A stretch of DNA of 63,349 nucleotides, filler included, from Octopus bimaculoides (taxonomy: Eukaryota), in the NCBI RefSeq assembly GCF_001194135.2. It is 7 parts of 5 records of this genome, joined end to end, with 100 filler letters (N's around TTAATTAATTAA, not from the genome) between each part and the next. Parts side by side here need not be neighbours in the genome. Positions count along the whole stretch, not along the records: positions 49,699 to 60,964 come from NC_068981.1; positions 61,065 to 63,349 come from NW_026315016.1; 5 more parts are not named here. One strand, given 5' to 3'. The translations under genes were made by a program, and so were the position numbers. Of this stretch, positions 54,030 through 63,349 are shown piece after piece. The notes below the pieces were generated by a model. That model was not told where the DNA came from. It ran no database searches and saw only the letters and a program-made list of their open reading frames with translations. Position 1 is the first letter of the stretch. The number at the start of each line of letters is the position of its first letter.

Positions 54030-55890
54030 ACAACATGTAACTAATTTTCCAGGGCATTGATGATCAATGAATGGGAGACCCACTCGAAAGCCTTTTGTAA
54101 TCTATGCAAACAGTACTAATGTCTCTGCGTTTGGATTTAAAATTGTCAGTGACAATTTTATTAATTATTAATTTGTCATATTGGTCTTTACATCCATATG
54201 AACTCCTTTTACATCCCTTTTGTTCCACTGGGAATAACTTCCTACTGTCCAAGTATCCGTATGCCCTATTCGCTATTATAGATATTAATACTTTATAAAT
54301 GGTGGTGTGGCATATTATTGGTCGGTATTTTGTGGGGTTAGTAGGATCGTCTGTTTTATTTTTTTTTGTAAGAGATGTGTAATCCTATCTGTAAGCCACT
54401 TTGGAACTTTCGCAGTTTTGGACATGACTTTACTGGGTGCTACGGCTAAATTCTTGTGGTTTTACATAAAAGAGTTTAGCCAAAAATTTGGAATCTTATC
54501 TATACCTGGGTATTTCATTTCTTTGTCTTGGTGAGCACGCTTTCGCTTCGTCAGCTTTTATATCCTGCCAGTCTTGATGTTTGCGGTGAGCATTGGCCTC
54601 TTCTATGTCCCTGATCCAATGTGCATTCTGATTAAATTCCTTTGGATTACTCCAAATGTTTTTCCAAAAATTTTAGTTTGCTTCTGTGGAGGTGCTGTTT
54701 TCACAATAATAGCATTTTCCCCCAGTTCCTTTTAGAATTTTTTTGTGTTCTTGAATAGTATGTTTTGTCTATGGAATGCCGAGCGCTCTTTGTATCTTGC
54801 TAATCGTTTGGTTTTTAATTGTAGTTTTTGTTTGAGGATCTCTGTTAGTAAAGGTAATGGTTAACAATTGTTCTCATTAGTTTGCTGAGTTTTTTTTAGT
54901 TTTCCCTTGGCTTTCTTCAACTAGAAGATATATATCTGCTCTCAGTTGGATTATTTGGCAGTTTATTATTTCTATCCATCCAGGCTGTTTGTGTACATTG
55001 CACATTTTTTTCTATCTCTAATTTTAATACCACATTTTGACTAACAACATAAACAGATGATTAAATGATTTGATCTATCATTCCAAGGGCATTTTCTCTA
55101 CTATTCTCAAGCAGTTCTCTTATCAGCTCTTCAAATGCTTGATCAACTTCTTTGATTATTTTTTTGTTCTTATTGCTATTAATAATTTTGGGAAGTTGTG
55201 CTCTTTCGTGGAAAGGTTGATATAATTGTATTAGGTAGTATTCTAGTATTCCATCTAACAGCTCATTGCTGACGTGATCATTTATAGTGTTTTTAATATC
55301 AACAGATCCCCCACCTTCATGGGGTTCTGTGTACCCAGTTTGCTAGCTTGAGTTAGTGATTTCAGAGCTTTTTGCCTGTGGATATAATTGAGTGTATGAT
55401 ATACTGAGCTGACTATTGACTGATCTGACTGTTTTGTCAATTTCGCTGTCTCACAGCTCTTAGTTAATTGTGGTCCAAGTACAGCCTGCTATGGGGTTTT
55501 TAGACCTCCAGATATTGCAGGTCTCTTTTTGTGTGGTTGATGTTTCTGGGTTTAGTGTGAATAATAAGCAAGCATGATTTCAATATATTCCTCCTTAGTC
55601 CATATCTGTTTGTCTTTCATTTTCTTTGAGATAAGTTTGGTAGTTGATCCTGAGCGTCAGTTTCGGCTCTATCTCTGGTTTCATTTGCTACAAGCTCCTG
55701 TGGAGGTTGGTCCTAATTTAACGATTTCTCGCGTTCATTGTGAGAGATTAAGGTCAGCGAATGACACGGGTTCTAGTAGATATTTCCGTGATTGGTATCC
55801 GGAGCCGTTGTATAAGTACACAGGGTTAACCAGTTGTCTTGTTCCTTGGTTATGGTTCAGATGTCCCAGGCATCATTTTTCTCCGGGGGA
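54030..55890 (-). mobile_element. R4/Dong LINE 5' half (N-terminal domain through RT), decayed
   Basis: WTKEEYIEIMLAYY (55561-55602); FWKNIWS; YPGIDKIPNFWL; KYRPIICHTTIYKVL; LFPVEQKGCKRSSYGCKDQ..LIINK..STVCIDYK. These are R4/Dong RT motifs. Confidence 0.9.
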
Positions 55891-55899
55891 AATTATCAT

Positions 55900-55912
55900 T
55901 ATTAATATTATT

Positions 55913-55945
<33 letters not shown>

Positions 55946-56009
55946 CTTCTTCTTCTTCTTCTTCTTCTTCTTCTTCTTCTTCTTCTTCTTCGTCTTCTTC
56001 TTCTTCTTC

Positions 56010-56040
<31 letters not shown>

Positions 56041-56048
56041 TATTATTA

Positions 56049-56109
<61 letters not shown>

Positions 56110-56190
56110 TATTATTATTATTTTTTTTTTAATTTTTGATCGTAATATTGTCATTATTAGCATTATTAGAATTATTAGTATTAGTAATGT
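55900..56190 (+). repeat. (GTT)(CTT)(ATT) compound microsatellite abutting the 5' end of the R4/Dong element
   Basis: Direct observation. Confidence 0.95.
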
Positions 56191-58256
56191 TATTGTTGAT
56201 CAATCAATAGGGAAATGCATTTGGCCAGAGTGAAATGTCACTTGACTAGTGTACACTTAAAAAAGGTGTGCATGGAGTATATCACTTAGCCTATCGGTTT
56301 AAAACAAAGAAAATCTGCTCCGTTTTATGTTAATCGATAGGTTTTCAATTGATTGAAACTGATCATCGATAAAACTCTGATGTTTCTACGTCAATAATTC
56401 ATTTCAAAGAAAATGAAGTAAATATTGATGCCTTCATATATGAACTGATTTACAACTCATTGGAAGGAGCGTTTATATTTTTCCATTTTAAGTTTATTTA
56501 ATTGAGAGAATATACACCATGAAGGATTTCCAGAAAATATAACATATTAAATTTGTAAGTTCCATAGACTAATACATTACCTTTGGTATTTTTCTTAAGT
56601 TAACATTGATGGAATTAGTATCACATTGTCCTGCTTTAGCGTATAACTCGAAGTTCATATAAAAGTGAGATTATTAGATGTGATTGATTATAGCACTGAC
56701 ATAACTGGTTAGTAAATTAGGATGCTGCATCAATAAAGCGAACACGATATTGATTTGTATTGGTCCATGTTGATATATGTTTCCTGGTTATGTGTTTGAT
56801 TTAATTTCATTTCCTGCTACCTGCTGCGTTGCTTTACTGACAGAAAAGTTTTAAAGGCGTCTGTATTGTTATATTGTTTAAACAGTCTAGTAACTTTATT
56901 TTGTGGGTTAATCAAAAATGCATTACTGGTTTTTCACGCCACTATCTTTTGTTACAATTGATTATTTGTATGCTATTTTATCGAAACCCAGTGTGATTGC
57001 GTTTTTCATCACATGTTAATCGGCAGATATGTTGTAGATTGTTTTACTACTAATTATTATGCTAGCGACTAACACGTGGTGTAAAGAAAATCTTCTCTGT
57101 CACCTGAATTTTATCTATAAATCTATTCAGAGAAGTAACGATTTAAAGACAATAGAAGGTTAGACATTATATAAATTTGTAGCACTTACTTTCGCTTACT
57201 ATCAAGCTACATTCAAACGGAACGCACATGCAAGCCTGGTCAGAGACGAAATTATACATAATGTCATGCATGCGATTAACTTACCTAAATAATCACACAG
57301 TTACACTCTCATAAATTTATATTGAAATAGTATCTAATATGGAGACTAACTGTCTATTAATCAGTCAATTTTTATATTTCTGCACGTCTCTCACGACTTA
57401 TCAGTTTTCTGCTTCATGGATGTGAGGGTGAGTCTGTGCATGCACGAGTTTCAATTTCGCTATCTGTCTCGCATTCCACTCTTTCTTCGTTCTTTTCTCT
57501 CTCTCTCTCTNNNNNNNNNNNNNNNNNNNNNNNNNNNNNNNNNNNNNNNNNNNNNNNNNNNNNNNNNNNNNNNNNNNNNNNNNNNNNNNNNNNNNNNNNN
57601 NNNNNNNNNNTATATATATATATATATATATGAGATCGTAGCGGCTTCTAAATTTGCCTGTGAATAGAAGTATTGCGGCTATGATTGTTTCAGAAGAGAT
57701 GACATGTCATTTCACACGCATAATATACCGTCACACCAAATAAAATGGCAGTATATTGTGAGTTCACTGAAAAACACCATTATAGTGGCCTGCTAGAAAG
57801 ACGGCTAAATTATTTGAATATTTAACCCATACGCCAGAATACTACGGAGTTTCGCCCCAGGTTAATGCAAAATGGTCTTGCTGAATTCACCCCATTAAAC
57901 TTCCTGTCAAATAGATCACCCGAAAAAGACTTTTAAAAAAAATCATATTGTTTAGCTTGATATATAAATTACTTTCAGAAACTGAAATTCAATTGAATTA
58001 TTATGTATGTGAATGCATAATTTTGGTTACCTGGTGTATAGTTCAAGTGACTTAAGCTTTTATTTTCATATTTATACAAGTTAAGCATATGATTACAGTT
58101 TAATTTCATATCTATTTAATTTCACACACACACACACACACACACNNNNNNNNNNNNNNNNNNNNNNNNNNNNNNNNNNNNNNNNNNNNNNNNNNNNNNN
58201 NNNNNNNNNNNNNNNNNNNNNNNNNNNNNNNNNNNNNNNNNNNNNNNNNNNNNNNN

Positions 58257-58293
<37 letters not shown>

Positions 58294-59244
58294 GCACTCC
58301 CAAAGAAATGGTCCCATAAATATTAGAAATGTAACGAAATTATCTATTCTTAATTCATCACATCTGATAGTTTACGTCCACGATATTTTTTAAAGGTAAA
58401 CTTATTTAAACCCTCCTTTTACTGCATATATGGAAAGGTGATAAAATCGGTGAATGTGTCACTGTAAATCTATTGATACAGGATTTAATGAGTTCAAAAT
58501 AGCACACAAATACATGCAAATATATATGCATCTATTGATGGGTATTCAAGGATTTTCGTATGAATATGAATAGCACACGAGTTGTTAAAATCGCAACAAA
58601 TGAAAGAAGGCATTTTCATATCAAGCTAAATCAAATATGCTGTTCGATGTGCTAGCGAAAAGCATCTTTAGAAAGACTGATTAGACTTGATATTCTCAAA
58701 ACCATATTTGTAATTAGACTGTAGGCAATATCAGAGGATATAAACGTACACACCATCCAGATAATCTAACAGCATATACAACGCTTTTGACTACAGTGTA
58801 TATCACTCCATAAATTCCCATCTTAGGCAATAGCTTCGGCATTAAATCAGACATTATGCCAGCTAATCACCACATATAAATATCCAAATCTGTACACAGC
58901 ACAGAACATAACCCCTCATATCCGATGACACCCAGCCATTCTTTGATGGTTAACGTATACAGAAGCAGAATAATTATCCTCGTATCAGTCGATGAGGAAA
59001 CTTACGGTGGTGCATTTCTACAATAAAATAAGACTCAGATAATGAGGATGATTTAGTGAGTTACAATGATCTGTACATAAAGATTCGTTCTACAGTACTT
59101 ACTAGAATGGGTACGTCTTATGTTAGCTGATTAAATAGTATCTTTCATATGTATAGATTACACGTAAATATACGCATTGCAAGGAATTTCTATACATTTT
59201 GGATAATCGAATTCTCTATATAAATCTGCTACCTAAGTATTAGA

Positions 59245-59299
59245 TTCATATAGAGGTATGAAGGTACAATATAGAGGTACCTTCATACCTCTATATGAA
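59245..59299. repeat. Perfect 23-bp inverted repeat with a 9-nt loop
   Basis: TTCATATAGAGGTATGAAGGTAC-AATATAGAG-GTACCTTCATACCTCTATATGAA. Confidence 0.95.
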
Positions 59300-60679
59300 G
59301 GTACCAGATCCGAAACAGTTCCCTGCTGAGAAATATTACATTTCCAAGTGCAGAGTATAGAGAACGACACTTGCTTAATCAACTGGCAAAGAATATATGG
59401 TTTATCTCTAGCAAATCGAAAATAATATATTACAAAGGATTGCGCTCCTTTACATCGAGCGAAAATTAAGAGTATCCTGCTCAGTAGAATGACATATAAG
59501 TGGCTGGTTATCGCACAAGATTCTCAGAGAGAATCAGTAAAGACTGGATCTCTTGACTGCGAAGCGAACTTCTAACCCTTTCGTTGCGATGAGACAGTCT
59601 CTCTTCGTTTCCTTCTTTCTTTCTATATGGCATGGTGGTGGTGGTTTATGTGTGTCGGAGTGTGTATGCATTTTATAATCAATATCAATGTATCAGTCGC
59701 ATAGAGTGTGTTTATTTTAAACCTTTTATCGAACAAGATTCATAACATCGAAATAATATAAACTCTTCTATTCTGTTTACTCATATATATTCAGGTATCG
59801 AAAGTCAATATTTTCTCCTGTTTCACTGTTTGTCACTCATAGCTTGAAAATGCTTCAATATATTTCTATCCCTTTCAGTAGCAAAATAGTAATTGATAAG
59901 TTGTGCACAGTCATGACTGTCATATTTCATGTAAAGAGAAATTGTTGTTGACAAAAATATCAATGAATGATAGACATTAAAATCTTAACGGGAAATAAAA
60001 TTTTATGAAGTGTTTTAAAAATGAGTAAATGAATAATGCATGTATCACTAGTCGTCGAAATGTTAACGGTAATAAATAAATACCAGCTGCTGTAAGACTG
60101 AGAAGAGAAACTACATGTTACCATTGAAATGCAATGTGTGCGTATTTTTCACTTAACTTCGAGACTTCATGAATAATGATTATTGAACAATTTGTTCAAA
60201 TTGATTAAAATGTCCTCACATTAACTTTGTATGATCATTTTTTTTATTTACCCACCCGCCAGAGATATTGATTCATTTTACCTACATTGACAGCACTTTG
60301 GATGTAGTTAAAATCGATATAATCAATGGGTCTACTTTAATTTCACTTACGCCATATGCTTTGTGAGGATCAATAAATTTACCTGAAGAAAAATTCAAAC
60401 ACCGATGTGTTACAAACTTCATTTCGTTTACCATAATACAATGCATCAGTTGCCGTTTCGAAAGTGATCATCCAGGAGCGAGTGATCACAGAGCTTTAAT
60501 GTAAACTAAGAATTGGAGCAATAATTTCTTTTTATTCCAATCAAATCGTTTATGTTAGATAATGAAGCAGTAAAGGATTTTTGGTTAATTAGCACTATAA
60601 GTACAGTATATCTTGTTCTTCTGACATCGATTATAAATGTATTTTAATGAAAATAAGGTATCATTAAATAACTTCTTTA

Positions 60680-60822
60680 TGTTCAGAGTTCGAGTGTCAG
60701 CGAAGTTGACTTAGCCTTTCATCAAAGCGAAATAGATAAAATTATAGCACTTGAGCACTGAGGTTGATGTATTCGATTAGCCTATCGCCACTACGTATCT
60801 AGCCATGTGCCTATAATAGAAA
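60680..60822 (+). mobile_element. SINE family D 3' fragment, decayed
   Basis: GTTCAGAGTTCGAG..GTTGACTTAGCCTTTCATC..TGAGCACTGAGGTTGATGTATTCGATT. Confidence 0.65.
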
Positions 60823-60874
60823 CAACTCTATGTAAAGTACTATTCTTCTTTAATGGTCCATTTATAAACAGTTT

Positions 60875-60964
<90 letters not shown>

Positions 60965-61439
60965 NNNNNNNNNNNNNNNNNNNNNNNNNNNNNNNNNNNN
61001 NNNNNNNNTTAATTAATTAANNNNNNNNNNNNNNNNNNNNNNNNNNNNNNNNNNNNNNNNNNNNATAAAATTAGTGCGAGACATAAAAACATAAATATGT
61101 GTGTGTGTGTCTACATATATATGTTTATATATGTATATGTCATATATACACATATATACATATATTTATACAAATATATACATATATATATATACATACA
61201 GATATGTATGTATATATATATATATATATATACACACACATACATATGCATATATATATCGATATATATCGATATATATATATATATACATTTATACTAG
61301 TGTGTGTATGTGTGTGTAGATACATAGATAGAGAGAGAGAGAGAGAGAGAGACAGAGTGAGAGAGAGAGACAGATTTATATACATAAATATATATATTCA
61401 TTCTTTTATACTTTTATTTGTTTGCCATCATTTCCCTAT

Positions 61440-61610
61440 GGCCATATTGGAGCACTTCCTTGAAGAGTTTTGGTCATACAAAAACTCCTCAGAACTTAGT
61501 TTCTGAAGTCGAGAGATTCTTCTATACATACTTTTGCCACGCTCCTAAGTTACACGGACATAAAAGCAGCGATGTTATTTGTCGAGCTGTGATGGGGAGA
61601 CAACACAGCC
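61440..61610 (-). mobile_element. SINE family B 3' fragment, decayed
   Basis: GGCCATATTGGAGCAC..CTAAGTTACACGGACATAAA resembles the family B tail. Confidence 0.55.
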
Positions 61611-61704
61611 AAAATTATATATATGTACATATATATATATACGTATCTATCTGTCTATCTATCTTTCTATGCATATATATTTGTATAGATATATATATAT
61701 GTAC

Positions 61705-61765
<61 letters not shown>

Positions 61766-62751
61766 NNNNNNNNNNNNNNNNNNNNNNNNNNNNNNNNNNN
61801 NNNNNNNNNNNNNNNNNNNNNNNNNNNNNNNNNNNNNNNNNNNNNNNNNNNNNNNNNNNNNNNNNNNNNNNNNNNNNNNNNNNNNNNNNNNNNNNNNNNN
61901 NNNNNNNNNNNNNNNNNNNNNNNNNNNNNNNNNNNNNNNNNNNNNNNNNNNNNNNNNNNNNNNNNNNNNNNNNNNNNNNNNNNNNNNNNNNNNNNNNNNN
62001 NNNNNNNNNNNNNNNNNNNNNNNNNNNNNNNNNNNNNNNNNNNNNNNNNNNNNNNNNNNNNNNNNNNNNNNNNNNNNNNNNNNNNNNNNNNNNNNNNNNN
62101 NNNNNNNNNNNNNNNNNNNNNNNNNNNNNNNNNNNNNNNNNNNNNNNNNNNNNNNNNNNNNNNNNNNNNNNNNNNNNNNNNNNNNNNNNNNNNNNNNNNN
62201 NNNNNNNNNNNNNNNNNNNNNNNNNNNNNNNNNNNNNNNNNNNNNNNNNNNNNNNNNNNNNNNNNNNNNNNNNNNNNNNNNNNNNNNNNNNNNNNNNNNN
62301 NNNNNNNNNNNNNNNNNNNNNNNNNNNNNNNNNNNNNNNNNNNNNNNNNNNNNNNNNNNNNNNNNNNNNNNNNNNNNNNNNNNNNNNNNNNNNNNNNNNN
62401 NNNNNNNNNNNNNNNNNNNNNNNNNNNNNNNNNNNNNNNNNNNNNNNNNNNNNNNNNNNNNNNNNNNNNNNNNNNNNNNNNNNNNNNNNNNNNNNNNNNN
62501 NNNNNNNNNNNNNNNNNNNNNNNNNNNNNNNNNNNNNNNNNNNNNNNNNNNNNNNNNNNNNNNNNNNNNNNNNNNNNNNNNNNNNNNNNNNNNNNNNNNN
62601 NNNNNNNNNNNNNNNNNNNNNNNNNNNNNNNNNNNNNNNNNNNNNNNNNNNNNNNNNNNNNNNNNNNNNNNNNNNNNNNNNNNNNNNNNNNNNNNNNNNN
62701 NNNNNNNNNTACACATATACACATTCAAACATATACATGTATGTATGTCTG

Positions 62752-62787
<36 letters not shown>

Positions 62788-62823
62788 GGCTTACATACTA
62801 TTTTTCTTTATTTCTCATTTATA

Positions 62824-63085
62824 GTTTCAGCTCAGAGCTGTGTCCATGCTGGGGCACCGACATTATGCAACACTGTTATTATTGAGAGCCTCCTATAATA
62901 TGTGGCATTTGGTGAATAAGGGACTTTGATGTCGCTACTCTCATTTCTACCTCTTGTGGTGAGGTAGGTTTATGTGAGACTTGTGTCAATAACATGTCCA
63001 GTTTTGCTTTGAAAACACCTAAATCCACTTTGTGTTGGACCCTCAGACCCTTTGGGAGAATACTAAACAGCTTTAGGCCTCTGAA
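62824..63085 (-). mobile_element. CR1/L2-like LINE 3' end (ORF2 C-terminus and 3'UTR)
   Basis: FRGLKLFSILPKGLRVQHKVDLGVFKAKLDMLLTQVSHKPT..SKSLIHQM resembles the LINE ORF2 C-terminal motif GPxLFNxLP..FKxxLDxxL..PD.P; it is followed by a short UTR with a CAGCTC/GAGCTG hairpin. Confidence 0.75.
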
Positions 63086-63314
63086 ATATATATACATACA
63101 CATAGATATATATATGTATATGTATCCATGTATGTATGCATGCGCATATGTGTACATATATACACAAACACACGTGTATATGAGTACATATGCATACGTA
63201 TAATTGTATAAGCATTTATATAAGTGTATATAATGTACATATGAATCTACCTATATATCGATTTATGTGACTGTGTGTAAGTTTGTGTGTGTTTCCATGT
63301 ATATACATACATAC

Positions 63315-63349
<35 letters not shown>

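Noticed and set aside
55574-56233. 219-aa + ORF
   Set aside because: It is the antisense of the R4/Dong 5' region fused to trinucleotide repeats.

Overview
AT-rich, microsatellite-saturated animal genomic DNA with many N gaps. The SINE families resemble ones I recall from octopus genomes, so a cephalopod origin is an inference. Six artificial 100-nt linkers (44N-TTAATTAATTAA-44N) split the window into seven joined pieces. I recognise no host protein-coding exon; nearly all long ORFs in the track are produced by N runs or simple repeats. Supported content: about 20 copies of four tRNA-headed SINE families (labelled A-D here) plus an RTE-tail-like repeat; decayed LINE fragments (RTE, CR1/L2-like, R4/Dong); two decayed mariner transposase loci; and a Penelope-like element (PLE) GIY-YIG fragment between ~165-bp inverted repeats. 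The most interesting signal is RNA-level. There is an apparently intact type I hammerhead ribozyme at 43408-43543 with an unusually long stem II insertion, and several degenerate hammerhead-like motifs of different sequence families. Together they suggest ribozyme-bearing PLE terminal repeats or retrozyme-like non-autonomous elements. All alignments, translations and folds were done by eye.
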